Source: Vicinamibacterales bacterium (GTDB lineage Bacteria; Acidobacteriota; Vicinamibacteria; Vicinamibacterales; Fen-181). From it: a DNA stretch of 64,000 nucleotides. Below, piece after piece: positions 19,370-28,959 of the stretch. Below the pieces are notes generated by a model that worked only from the letters and a program-made list of their open reading frames with translations, made no database searches and was not told where the DNA came from. The first letter of the stretch is position 1. Every line of letters begins with the position of its first letter. The position numbers and the translations under genes are program-made. Location: the NCBI GenBank assembly GCA_041947015.1, contig JBHGBL010000006.1:118675-182674 (forward strand), written 5' to 3'.

Positions 19370-19599
19370 ATGAAGATGCTACGGAAGGCTCGGATCGTCT
19401 GGCTCGTCGCTGCGGCAATCGTCATCTCACTGCCCGGGACCGGCCGGGCTCAAACCACGGACCGGGCCGGGATCGAGGGCAAGGTGTTCGACCAGGGTGG
19501 CGGGGTTCTGCCCGGGGTGAGCGTGAGCATCGAAAGCCCGGCGCTTCTCGGAGGCGCCCGCAGCGCGTGGTGCGGCTGGGCGTAAGCTACAAGTTCTGA
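19370..19599 (+). pseudogene. TonB-dependent receptor remnant: N-terminal signal/carboxypeptidase-like domain start fused out of frame to the C-terminal beta-strand
   Basis: MKMLRK...AQTTDRAGIEGKVFDQGGGVLPGVSVSIESPALLGGARS, then in another frame RVVRLGVSYKF* (19564-19599). Confidence 0.8.
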
Positions 19600-19737
19600 G
19601 GAGGGTTCCTCGGGCCGCCCAAGATCGCCGTTCGAGCGCTTCGGGCGGTCCGAGGCATGGCCTGTCGGTGGCGTCGAGGTGAGGTCGAGGAGAGGAAGAA
19701 GGACGCGTTGATTCCGTCTGGACCAAGGAGGGGCGCG

Positions 19738-21621
19738 ATGGCGACTCTTACGACCGCAAGGACGAGCGTGGCCCGCTTCGCGCGGGCCGGCCTGATCGCA
19801 ATCGCGATCGCGGCTGTGGCCTCCGGCTCCGCCGGGCAGGGGCGCCAGGCGCCCGGCTTCGTATCGTCTCCGGTCGATGCCGGCCGGCGCGTCGAGGGCG
19901 CGAACGGCGTGGTGGCGTCCGCCAACGTCCTCGCCAGCGAGGCTGGCATCGAGATGCTCGAGGCCGGGGGCAATGCCGTGGACGCGGCCGTCGCGACGGC
20001 CTTTGCGATCGGCGTCGTCGAGCCGCAGATGTCCGGCCTTGGCGGCAGCGGTGTCGCCAATGTATGGCTTCAGCGCGAGAAACGGCCCATCTACCTCGAC
20101 TTCTATGCGGCGCAACCCGTCGATGCCTGGCGCGGCCACACCGAGCCGGCTGAGGCGCAGCCCGCTCCCGAGGCCGCACCCGGTCAGGAGCCAGCCTCAC
20201 CTGCCCGCAAGCCCGGAGATCTTCGTGTCGTGGCCATCCCGGGCGAGGTGGCGGGCCTGCTGACGCTGCACGGGAAGTACGGCAAGCTCCCGCTGGCAAC
20301 CGTGATGGCGCCGGCGATCCGGCTCGCCGAAGAAGGCTTCCCGGTCGGACAGATCCTCGCCGGGTTCATCGCCGGGTCCGAGGCGAAGTTGAAGCCGTTC
20401 CCCGAGGCTCACGGCCTGATGTTCCCGGGCGGGAAGGCGCTCCAGCCCGGCGAGATCCTGCGGAATCCAGCTCTGGCCGAATCGCTGCGACGGATTGCGA
20501 CCCACGGCCGCAAGGGCTTCTATGAAGGCCCGACCGCCGAAGCGCTCGTCGCCACGTTGAAGGCTGGCGGCCACCCGGCCCGCCTCGAGGACTTGCGCGC
20601 GTTCGAGCCGCAGTGGCGTCGCCCCCTCTGCACAGACTACCGGGGTTACACCGTGCTCTCTGCGCCGCCTCCCGAAAGCGGGATGCAGGTGCTCCATGCG
20701 CTGGAGCTGCTGGAACCGCTCGACCTGAAGGGGCTGGGCCTCCCGACACGCTCCGCCGCCGCCTTCGATGCGCTCGTAACTGCCATGCGAGCGGGACAGT
20801 CCGTGTCGCGCGCGAACGGCGATCCTAACTGGGTAGAGGTCCCTGCGAGGGGCATCACGTCGGAGGCGTTCGCGGCGACGCGCCGGGCCCTGATCGGGGC
20901 GCCAAAACCACCCGCTGCAATGGAGCCGGCCGACGCGCGGCCCTTCGACAACGCGAGCCCCCCAGGGGCATGCGGTCTGTACGACCCATACCCGCCAGCG
21001 CCGGTCGTTCGCAATCCCACTGTCGCAGCAGGAGGGCCACCTTCCGGTGACGTGGCCGGGGAGCGCGGGGGTGAAGATGAGGGAGAGACAACTCACTTGT
21101 CCGTCGTCGACAAGGACGGCAACGCCGTAGCGCTCACGCAAACCAACAGCAGCGTCTTCGGATCGGGAGGCTTCGTCGCCGGGTTCTTCCTGAACGACTC
21201 CGGCTTCCGCTTCTCGAACCAGACGATCGATGCACCGTCGAACAGCCGCTGGCGGATCCGGCAGACCACCATTTCACCGACCATCGTGTTGAAGGGCACC
21301 GAGGTGGATCTCGTGATAGGCGCTCCAGGAGGAGGGCGGATCCCGACCGAGGTGCTGCAGGTGATGGTGTACATGCTGGATTACGGCCTCGACCCTCTCG
21401 ATGCGGTCCGCATGCCTCGCATCTTCCCGTCGGCCGGCAACACGCGCGTGCAGCTGGCGCACGGCTTCCCGCCAGAGGTCCTGAAGGATATTCGCGAGCG
21501 CGGCTACGAGGTGCTCGCGGAGTCGGAAGGCTATGCGCGACTGTACCTGGTGAAGCGAGCCGGAGGGGTCTGGGTTGGCGTGTCCGATCCGCTGCACGAT
21601 GGCCGGCCGCGCGCGTACTAG
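19738..21621 (+). CDS. ggt: Secreted gamma-glutamyltransferase family protein
   Basis: AGGAGG RBS; GGNAVDAAVA, EPQMSGLGG, ETTHLSVVD..GNAVALTQTN (Thr nucleophile), GAPGGGRI. Confidence 0.92.
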   Translation: MATLTTARTSVARFARAGLIAIAIAAVASGSAGQGRQAPGFVSSPVDAGRRVEGANGVVASANVLASEAGIEMLEAGGNAVDAAVATAFAIGVVEPQMSGLGGSGVANVWLQREKRPIYLDFYAAQPVDAWRGHTEPAEAQPAPEAAPGQEPASPARKPGDLRVVAIPGEVAGLLTLHGKYGKLPLATVMAPAIRLAEEGFPVGQILAGFIAGSEAKLKPFPEAHGLMFPGGKALQPGEILRNPALAESLRRIATHGRKGFYEGPTAEALVATLKAGGHPARLEDLRAFEPQWRRPLCTDYRGYTVLSAPPPESGMQVLHALELLEPLDLKGLGLPTRSAAAFDALVTAMRAGQSVSRANGDPNWVEVPARGITSEAFAATRRALIGAPKPPAAMEPADARPFDNASPPGACGLYDPYPPAPVVRNPTVAAGGPPSGDVAGERGGEDEGETTHLSVVDKDGNAVALTQTNSSVFGSGGFVAGFFLNDSGFRFSNQTIDAPSNSRWRIRQTTISPTIVLKGTEVDLVIGAPGGGRIPTEVLQVMVYMLDYGLDPLDAVRMPRIFPSAGNTRVQLAHGFPPEVLKDIRERGYEVLAESEGYARLYLVKRAGGVWVGVSDPLHDGRPRAY

Positions 21622-21670
21622 AGGGCTCGCATGCCGAGAGCGCCGTGGCGCGGCAGGAGGAATTCCGCGA

Positions 21671-23065
21671 ATGGGCAGCGAGGATTTTGAAGCGTTCATC
21701 TCACGGCACCCCGAGTACCTGACATCCGGCGACATCCAGACGCTCAGGGCTACGGAGTTCCGCAGGCTGGACGAGGCCGGCGAGGTGTACCTGGACTACA
21801 CGGGGTCCGGCCTGTACGGGGCCTCGCAGGTGCAGCGCCATCTGGCGCTGCTCAGCCGTGTCGTGCTCGGCAATCCGCATTCTCAGAGCCCGACGTCTCG
21901 GGCCGCCGCGGAAATGGCCGAGAGCGCCCGCCGGCACGTGCTCGAGTACTTCAACGCATCGCCAGACGACTACGCGGTCGTCTTCACGGGCAACGCCAGC
22001 CAGGCCCTGAAGCTCGTTGGCGAGTCCTATCCGTTCGGCCCCGGCGGTCGGTTCCTGCTGACGTTCGACAACCACAACTCGGTCAACGGCATCCGCGAGT
22101 TCGCGCGCTCGCGCGGGGCGGAAACCACCTATGTCCCGGTGATACCGCCCGACCTGCGAATCGACTCCGCCCTGCTTGCCGAGCAGCTAGCGGTGTCCGA
22201 CGGGGGCGGGCACCGGCTCTTCGCCTATCCTGCGCAGTCCAACTTCTCCGGGGTTCAGCACGACCTGGGCTGGATCGCGCAGGCCCACGCCCTGGGCTGG
22301 GACGTCCTCCTCGATGCCGCGGCGTTCGTCCCGACGAACCGCCTGGATCTGAGCCGCTGGCCGGCGGACTTCGTCGTGATGTCGTTCTACAAGATGTTCG
22401 GGTACCCGACCGGTGTCGGCGCTCTCCTTGCCCGGTGGCCTGCGCTCTCGAAGCTCCGGCGGCCGTGGTTCGCTGGAGGGACCATAACCGTCGCGTCCGT
22501 CGGAGCCGACAGCTACCAGCCGGCCGAAGGAGCGGCGGCCTTCGAAGACGGGACGGTGAACTTCACGAGCCTGCCCGCGGTCGATATCGGGCTCGAATTC
22601 ATCGGGCGCGCCGGGCTGGACAACATCCACGCTCGAGTGCAGGCGCTGACCGGCTGGCTCGTCTCGCGCCTCCAGGATCTGCGACATTCCACCGGGCGGG
22701 CGCTCGTGACGATCTACGGGCCGGCATCCTGTGAGGCGCGAGGCGGCACCGTCACGATCAACCTTCGCGATGCCGGCGGCAACTTCATCGACCACCAGGT
22801 CATCGAGGAACGCGCCGCCGCCCGTCGCATCTCGATCCGCTCCGGCTGTTTCTGCAACCCCGGAGCGGGCGAGCTGGCCATGGGGATCTCGGCGGAAGAA
22901 ATGCGCGCCTGCTTCACGCGCTTCGCCGACCGGATCACCTACAACGACTTCCGGCGCTGCATAGACGGCAAGAGCACCGGGGCGGTCCGGGTCTCGCTCG
23001 GGGTGGCCTCGACGTTCGCCGACGTCGCTGCGTTCGCGGACTTCGCGCGGGCGTTCCTTCGCTGA
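21671..23065 (+). CDS. Class V PLP enzyme resembling the NifS-like domain of molybdenum cofactor sulfurase
   Basis: YLDYTG, GNPHS, PAQSNFSG, LLDAAAF, SFYKMFGYPTGVGAL, FEDGT, RSGCFCNPG, GAVRVSLG. Confidence 0.85.
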   Translation: MGSEDFEAFISRHPEYLTSGDIQTLRATEFRRLDEAGEVYLDYTGSGLYGASQVQRHLALLSRVVLGNPHSQSPTSRAAAEMAESARRHVLEYFNASPDDYAVVFTGNASQALKLVGESYPFGPGGRFLLTFDNHNSVNGIREFARSRGAETTYVPVIPPDLRIDSALLAEQLAVSDGGGHRLFAYPAQSNFSGVQHDLGWIAQAHALGWDVLLDAAAFVPTNRLDLSRWPADFVVMSFYKMFGYPTGVGALLARWPALSKLRRPWFAGGTITVASVGADSYQPAEGAAAFEDGTVNFTSLPAVDIGLEFIGRAGLDNIHARVQALTGWLVSRLQDLRHSTGRALVTIYGPASCEARGGTVTINLRDAGGNFIDHQVIEERAAARRISIRSGCFCNPGAGELAMGISAEEMRACFTRFADRITYNDFRRCIDGKSTGAVRVSLGVASTFADVAAFADFARAFLR

Positions 23066-23115
23066 AACGGCTCGAGTCGACGGGTCCGGCGCCCGCGCCT
23101 TCGCTTCTCCGCCTT

Positions 23116-24273
23116 CTACGCTCTGACCGACACCGCGGCAGCCGCCGGGTCAATGGCAAAGTACCGGCGCCGCATCCACAGCGCAACGTTGACCAGACCG
23201 ATCAGAACCGGCACCTCGACAAGCGGGCCGATGACGGCCGCGAATGCCGCTCCGTGGCCGATGGTGAAGGTGGCCACCGCGACGGCGATGGCGAGCTCGA
23301 AGTTGTTCGACGCGGCCGTGAACGAAAGCGTGGCCGCCTGCCCGTACGTCGCCCCGACCTTCTTCGACAGGAAGAAGGAGATGAAGAACATCAGCACGAA
23401 GTAGACGAGCAGCGGGATGGCGATGCGCACGACGTCGAGCGGGAGCTGGACGATCGTCTCGCCCTTCAGCGAGAACATCACGACGATCGTGAAGAGGAGC
23501 GCGACTAGTGTTATCGGGCTGATCCTGGGGATGAACTTGTCGTGGTACCAGCGCTTGCCCTTGACCGCGATCAGCGAGAAGCGCGTCACCACCCCGGCGA
23601 TGAATGGAATGCCGAGGTATATGAAGACGCTCTTGGCAATCTCGCCGATCGTGATGTTGACCGCCACGCCCTCGATGCCGAACCACGTCGGCAGTACGGT
23701 GATGAACACATAGGCGTACACCGAGTAGAGCAGCACCTGGAAGATCGAGTTGAAGGCGACGAGGCCCGCACAGTACTCGGTGTCGCCTTTCGCCAGCTCG
23801 TTCCAGACGATCACCATGGCGATGCACCGCGCCAGGCCGATCATGATGAGCCCGACCATGTACTGGTGGTTCGTGGCCATGGCCTCCGGTGAAGCGCCCA
23901 GCGCCCTGGGCACTACGTCCAGGAAGACAACCGCCAGGCCGAACATCAGGATGGGCCCGATCAGCCAGTTCTGAACGAGCGACAACCCCAGCACCTTGGT
24001 GTTGCGAAAGACCGGGCCCATCTCCTCGTAGCGCACCTTGGCGAGAGGCGGGTACATCATCAGGATGAGCCCGACGGCTATCGGGACGCTGGTCGTGCCC
24101 ACGTTGAACTGGTTCATGAAAGGCACGACCCCAGGGAACAGGTACCCGCCGCCAACCCCGACGGCCATTGCGAGAAAGATCCAGACGGTAAGATAGCGGT
24201 CTACGAAAGAGAGCTTCTTGACGACGCCTTCGTCCGAAGGGATGGCAGCAGTTGTCCGGGGCTCGATGGTCAT
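23116..24273 (-). CDS. acr3: ACR3-family arsenite efflux transporter
   Basis: Start ATG 24273 with GGAGGAG; [50 protein letters not shown]. Confidence 0.95.
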   Translation of the reverse strand: MTIEPRTTAAIPSDEGVVKKLSFVDRYLTVWIFLAMAVGVGGGYLFPGVVPFMNQFNVGTTSVPIAVGLILMMYPPLAKVRYEEMGPVFRNTKVLGLSLVQNWLIGPILMFGLAVVFLDVVPRALGASPEAMATNHQYMVGLIMIGLARCIAMVIVWNELAKGDTEYCAGLVAFNSIFQVLLYSVYAYVFITVLPTWFGIEGVAVNITIGEIAKSVFIYLGIPFIAGVVTRFSLIAVKGKRWYHDKFIPRISPITLVALLFTIVVMFSLKGETIVQLPLDVVRIAIPLLVYFVLMFFISFFLSKKVGATYGQAATLSFTAASNNFELAIAVAVATFTIGHGAAFAAVIGPLVEVPVLIGLVNVALWMRRRYFAIDPAAAAVSVRA

Positions 24274-24719
24274 TGCGAATCTCCTCCGACAGAACCCGAA
24301 TCCGATAGCTCGCCCGCGGTGGCAGAACGGCCACGCTTCACCCCGACCGCGACGAGGTCGAGGCCCGCACGGCACAGTTCGTCCACTGGAACCGCCCTCA
24401 GGGCACGGATGACTTCCGCGTCGGCGCGCAGCTGGGGATCGCCTTCTACCAGCTGGAGGATTGTCTGCGCCAGTTGCCGGAGCGGGTCGGTTTCCGTCAG
24501 CTGGTAGAACACCCACTTGCCACGCTTCTCCTCGAAGACCCACCCGGCACGGCGCAACTCCGAGAGGTGCTCCGACACGGTCGAGCTGGCCAGGCCCAGA
24601 ACGGACGTGACCTGACACACACAAAGGGGCCCTTCGCGGAGCATTGCCAGAACGCGGAGCCTCGCCTGGTGACCCAACGCTTTCGCCATCTCCACCAGCT
24701 CGGTTGCACCAATCGACAT
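24270..24719 (-). CDS. arsR: ArsR-family regulator with CVC arsenic-binding box
   Basis: [36 protein letters not shown]; start ATG 24719 or leaderless ATG 24773. Confidence 0.9.
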   Translation of the reverse strand: MSIGATELVEMAKALGHQARLRVLAMLREGPLCVCQVTSVLGLASSTVSEHLSELRRAGWVFEEKRGKWVFYQLTETDPLRQLAQTILQLVEGDPQLRADAEVIRALRAVPVDELCRAGLDLVAVGVKRGRSATAGELSDSGSVGGDSQ

Positions 24720-24746
24720 CCTCAAGGTCCCTCCACGGCTCCGGCG

Positions 24747-24808
24747 TGTCGTCATTTCGGCATCCGACGACATGAACGAGTCTACTGCGCGGAAATCCAG
24801 CTCGTCAA
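24747..24808 (-). promoter_or_regulatory. Promoter TTGACG-18-TAGACT with downstream 7-bp inverted repeat TGTCGTC-n12-GACGACA (operator candidate)
   Basis: -35 at 24803-24808, -10 at 24779-24784, IR arms 24747-24753 and 24766-24772. Confidence 0.65.
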
Positions 24809-24958
24809 GGAACGCCATCAGGCATGCGAGAACTTCGTCCGCCCTCTCACGGCGAAGCAACTGTCGCGGCGAAGCGGTCGGCGCAGCAGGAGGACAAAGT
24901 GCCAGCCAGCGCAGCCGGCCATGCATGGAGGCGTCGAAGACGCCTGTGAGTGCCGGCG

Positions 24959-25525
24959 TCAGCGGCCGGCAAGGAAGTCGGTCGCGAACTTCTTGAGCTC
25001 GGGCCGCTTCAGGCCCAGGCTCTCAGCCTCAACCATCGCGCGTTCGAGCGTCCACCCATCCTGCCTCACGCGCTTTATGAGCCACATCGTCGCCGCCCGC
25101 GGGCCTTCGTGGCAGTAGATGTAGGCGTGCGAGTTCTCAGGCGCAGCCATCACCTCCAGGAACTTCCGAACCGCAGCCGGGTCGGGTTTCGCGCGAGTGA
25201 ACGGGATGGCGATGAACTTCAGACCCGCCCCGACGGCGGCGCGCTCGGACTCCCGGCGGTCGTAGCCGTCCTCGACGTCCTCGCGAATCGCGATGACGAC
25301 ATCGAAGCCAGCCTTCTTGAGGGCGGGCATCGCCTCGGGTGCGGCGTTGCTGCCGAGAGCGACAGTCGTGGTGACAGGATGGAACGTCTGGATGCCCGGC
25401 ATCGGCAGGTTGACCGCCGGGCGCACCTGCCCCGACACGGGACCTGGCGTCGGGAAGAAGACCAACACGAAGACAGTCGCAATAAGTAACGCCGAAGCTC
25501 GTGTATTCGCCACCGTATACCTCAT
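24959..25525 (-). CDS. Exported DUF442 / PTP-like (beta-lactamase hydrolase-like) protein
   Basis: Signal peptide; GFDVVIAIRE, AGLKFIAIP, YIYCHEGPRA (CX4R). Confidence 0.8.
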   Translation of the reverse strand: MRYTVANTRASALLIATVFVLVFFPTPGPVSGQVRPAVNLPMPGIQTFHPVTTTVALGSNAAPEAMPALKKAGFDVVIAIREDVEDGYDRRESERAAVGAGLKFIAIPFTRAKPDPAAVRKFLEVMAAPENSHAYIYCHEGPRAATMWLIKRVRQDGWTLERAMVEAESLGLKRPELKKFATDFLAGR

Positions 25526-25596
25526 ACCTCTCAGTCGACCCTCAGTTTAGCGTGACAGGCGATCGCCGGGTGAGAATGGAGGGGCCGCTCGCTCCC

Positions 25597-26043
25597 TCAG
25601 CCCGACGGCCTGCCGAGACAATCGACGGCCGAGCGGGCCCGGTTACGGGCTTCTCTCAGGAAGTTGACGAGCTCGCGGGCGTCGCGTGTCAGTGTCGTCC
25701 CCCTTTGCCCGCCTTTGCCGTGGATGTTCTCGGTGAGCCGAATCCCAAGAAGGCGTTCCGCCCGCCGCAGGTACCCCCAGGCATGGCGGTAGGACCAACC
25801 GATGGCTCGTGCCGCCAGGGTCAGGCTGCCTTCGCGCTCGAGCCCTTCGAACAGCTCCAGTGCCCCTTCGCCGATCACGAAGTGCCCGTCGGCTTCCACC
25901 CAGACCTTGGTGCGGACGGCGAGGCGCCCTATGTTCAGCGGAACATGTTGATCGCCGACCTTCGACCGCTCACCATGAGGAGCGATGGAATCGCCGCCCG
26001 CCTCCGTTCTCCTGCCCAGCTCGGGTGCATCGGCGCCCGGCAC
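25597..26043 (-). CDS. ModE-like winged-helix regulator (N-terminal domain only); start uncertain
   Basis: KVWVE...IGEGALELF...GSLTLAARAIGWSYRHAW..L...GKGGQRGTTLT; no TOBE domain; no clear in-frame start near the domain. Confidence 0.7.
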   Translation of the reverse strand: MPGADAPELGRRTEAGGDSIAPHGERSKVGDQHVPLNIGRLAVRTKVWVEADGHFVIGEGALELFEGLEREGSLTLAARAIGWSYRHAWGYLRRAERLLGIRLTENIHGKGGQRGTTLTRDARELVNFLREARNRARSAVDCLGRPSG

Positions 26044-27205
26044 CAACCGCGAGGGGGACTGGCGCATCCGTTTCGATCGCAACGAGCTGGCCGGCGCTTT
26101 CGGTGACATCGGCACTGACCTCCCCCTCCTCGTGGGCGTGATGCTCGCCGCCCGCATGGACGCAGCCGGTGCCCTCATCATGTTCGGCACCATGCAGATT
26201 CTAACCGGTCTGCGTTATCGAATGCCGATGCCGGTGCAGCCGCTCAAGGCGATGGCCGCGATTGTCATCGCGCATCAGGTGGACGCCTCGGTGCTCGCCG
26301 GAGGCGCGTTGGCGATCGGCGTTGCGATGCTCGTCCTTGCATTGACGGGCTGCGTGGATTGGGTCAGCCGTGCAGTTCCGAAGGCGGTCGTTCGCGGCAT
26401 TCAGTTCGGGCTCGGCCTGCAGCTCGTGACTCTTGCGCTGGGCAAGTACGTCGCCGAGGGTGGGGCCACAGGGTATGCGCTCGCGAGCGTCGGCTTGGTG
26501 ATTGTGTTCGCACTGACCGGCAACCGCCGCTACCCCGCGGCTCTGGCGGTGGTTGGCCTCGGAACAGTGTACGCCGCGGTGTTCACGCTGGACGCGCGGG
26601 CCGTACTGGGCGGCATCGGCCTTCGCCTGCCGCAGCCGCACTTCCCGAGCTTTCCTGACATCGTCAGTGGTTTCGTCGTCCTGGCCTTGCCGCAGCTGCC
26701 GCTCTCGCTCGGCAACTCAATCCTGGCGACGCGCCAGCTCTCACGGGATCTCTTCCCGGATCGCGCGCCGACCGTTCGCGCCATCAGCCTGACGTACGCG
26801 GCGATGAACCTTCTCAACCCGATGTTTGGCGGCGTTCCGACCTGTCACGGCTCTGGTGGCATGGCGGGACACTATGCCTTCGGTGGGCGAACGGGCGGCT
26901 CCGTCATTCTCTACGGCGGGTTCTTTCTGGCGACCGGACTCTTCCTGAGCGCTGGCTTTCACGAGCTGGCCAATGCCTTCCCGCTCCCGTTGCTGGGCGT
27001 GCTCCTGGTGGTCGAAGGCCTCACGCTCATGGCTTTGGTGCGCGACCTGCTCGAGGACAGCCGCGAGCTGTTCGTGGCTCTGCTTGTCGGGTCCATCGCC
27101 GTAACGGTTCCATACGGCTACATCGTGGCGCTGGTGGCAGGTACTGCGCTGAGCCGGTTGCCGGCGTCTGAGCTGCGCTCGGGGCGAGCGTTGGACACTC
27201 GCTGA
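25985..27205 (+). CDS. MOT1-type molybdate/sulfate transporter
   Basis: ELAGAFGDIGTDLP, PMPVQPLKAMAA, RGIQFGLGL, PQLPLSLGNS, GGVPTCHGSGGMAGHY.FGGRTG. Confidence 0.88.
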   Translation: MESPPASVLLPSSGASAPGTNREGDWRIRFDRNELAGAFGDIGTDLPLLVGVMLAARMDAAGALIMFGTMQILTGLRYRMPMPVQPLKAMAAIVIAHQVDASVLAGGALAIGVAMLVLALTGCVDWVSRAVPKAVVRGIQFGLGLQLVTLALGKYVAEGGATGYALASVGLVIVFALTGNRRYPAALAVVGLGTVYAAVFTLDARAVLGGIGLRLPQPHFPSFPDIVSGFVVLALPQLPLSLGNSILATRQLSRDLFPDRAPTVRAISLTYAAMNLLNPMFGGVPTCHGSGGMAGHYAFGGRTGGSVILYGGFFLATGLFLSAGFHELANAFPLPLLGVLLVVEGLTLMALVRDLLEDSRELFVALLVGSIAVTVPYGYIVALVAGTALSRLPASELRSGRALDTR

Positions 27206-27273
27206 GGATGCAGCCACGCTCTCGCGGGCGGCACCCACTCGCCGGCGCGGCCCGGAAGCCATAAGATCGACCT

Positions 27274-28497
27274 ATGACGCCCGAGCTGATTCGCCGGCTG
27301 CCGAAGACCGACCTGCACGTCCACCTCGACGGCTCGATGAGGGTCGAAACCCTGGTGGAGCTCGCACGCGAGCGGGGCGTGAAGCTTCCCTCCACGAGCG
27401 AGGAGGGCCTTCGCGAGCTGGTGTTCCGTCCGCACTACGCCAACCTCGGCGAGTACCTCGCCGGTTTCCGCCACACGGTCGCCGTGCTCCAGGATGCGGA
27501 GGCGCTCGAGCGGGCCGCCTTCGAGCTCTGCGAGGACTGCCAGGCCGAGGGCGTGCGATACGTCGAGATCCGCTTTGCGCCGCAGCTGCACGTCCGCCAG
27601 GGCTTCGATCTGCCCTCGGTCGTCAGGGCGGTCGACGCCGGCATCCGCCGCGCGTCGGACGTGTTCAACCGGCGGCCGGAAGTTGCCGCAGGCCACGAGC
27701 CTCGCTTCGTTGCCGGCATCATTCTGTGCGCCCTGCGGTACTTCACAGCCGATTCCTCGGAAGGCTACAGACGGCTGATCGAGGCGCTGCCGGAGGCCTC
27801 GCCGCAGGAACTGCACTCCGCGGCGAGCGTCCAGGTGGCCCGCGCCGCAGCGCGCCTGAAGCACGAGGAAGGGCTGCTCGTGGTCGGCATCGACCTGGCG
27901 GGGCAAGAGAAGGGCTACCCCGCCGAGGACCACCGCGCGGCCTACGACGTGGCGCACACGGCTTTCCTGGGAAAGACCGTCCACGCCGGGGAAGACTACG
28001 GGCCCGAGTCCATCTTCCAGGCGATCGGCGACCTGCACGCGGACCGGATCGGGCACGGCACGTGGCTGTTCGACGAATCGAAGATCACCGGCCGCCGCGT
28101 CACGGACCGCGGGGCCTACGTGGAACGACTGGCCCAGTTCGTCGCGGACAAGCGCATCACGGTCGAGGTGTGCCTGACTTCGAATCAGCAGACGGTTCCG
28201 GAGCTGGGCGAAGACCTTCGCCGCCACCCGTTCGGCGAGATGCGACGCCGTCGCCTTTCGGTGACGCTCTGCACCGACAACCGCCTGGTCTCGAACACGA
28301 CGGTGTCGAAGGAGGTCGAGCGAGCCGCCTCTGCCTTCTCGCTGACCGATCATGAGGTCCGGAACATCCTCATCTATGGGTTCAAGCGCAGTTTCTTCCC
28401 CGGGACGTATCTGGAGAAGCGCGCGTACGTCCGCCAGGTCAGCGACTTCGCCGACAAGATCCTCGAGGGCAGCCGAAGCGCCAGGACCGCGGTGTAG
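27274..28497 (+). CDS. add: Adenosine deaminase family protein
   Basis: DLHVHLDGS, YVEIRFAP, GIDLAGQE, TVHAGE, RIGHG, EVCLTSN, CTDN; TAAGAT 6 nt before ATG. Confidence 0.9.
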   Translation: MTPELIRRLPKTDLHVHLDGSMRVETLVELARERGVKLPSTSEEGLRELVFRPHYANLGEYLAGFRHTVAVLQDAEALERAAFELCEDCQAEGVRYVEIRFAPQLHVRQGFDLPSVVRAVDAGIRRASDVFNRRPEVAAGHEPRFVAGIILCALRYFTADSSEGYRRLIEALPEASPQELHSAASVQVARAAARLKHEEGLLVVGIDLAGQEKGYPAEDHRAAYDVAHTAFLGKTVHAGEDYGPESIFQAIGDLHADRIGHGTWLFDESKITGRRVTDRGAYVERLAQFVADKRITVEVCLTSNQQTVPELGEDLRRHPFGEMRRRRLSVTLCTDNRLVSNTTVSKEVERAASAFSLTDHEVRNILIYGFKRSFFPGTYLEKRAYVRQVSDFADKILEGSRSARTAV

Positions 28498-28560
28498 ACC
28501 GACAACCTGCGCAGCACTGCCGCGACCGGAGTCGCACGTCGCCCGGACCCGGCGGCGAGA

Positions 28561-28818
28561 TCACAACTGCGACGAAATCGTCAGCATCCCTGCGCCCTTC
28601 TCGCGGTTGCGGCCCTTCTTCCAGTCGTCCTGGCTCAAGCCTATGTAGGCCTCGCCGGCCCGCATCGTGACGCCCATTAGGACGCCGTTCGCCTCCCAGC
28701 GCTCCTCGATGCCGAACCCGACAGCCTCGTAGAAACTGATGCTCTGCTGCAGGTCGTCTGCGGTGAAACTCGGCGAAACCATCTTCGCCTGCAAGGCCGT
28801 CCGGAGTTCTGTTGCCAT
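28561..28818 (-). pseudogene. VOC/glyoxalase-family gene apparently missing its second half-domain
   Basis: SPSFTADDLQQSISFYE.VGF...LSQDDWKKGRNREKGAGM joined directly to LTISSQL*; only 85 aa. Confidence 0.6.
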
Positions 28819-28959
28819 TCCATCCTCTCCGCCTGGTGAGCTCGACGTGTGGATGTGTCAGTCGGACCCGGGCGTGGCAAGGGCCCGCCTGGGTGTTCTC
28901 GCGGCGAGGTGCAAACCCGGCCAATCGCGCCAACGCAGCCAGCCACTCGAGCTCCGGCA

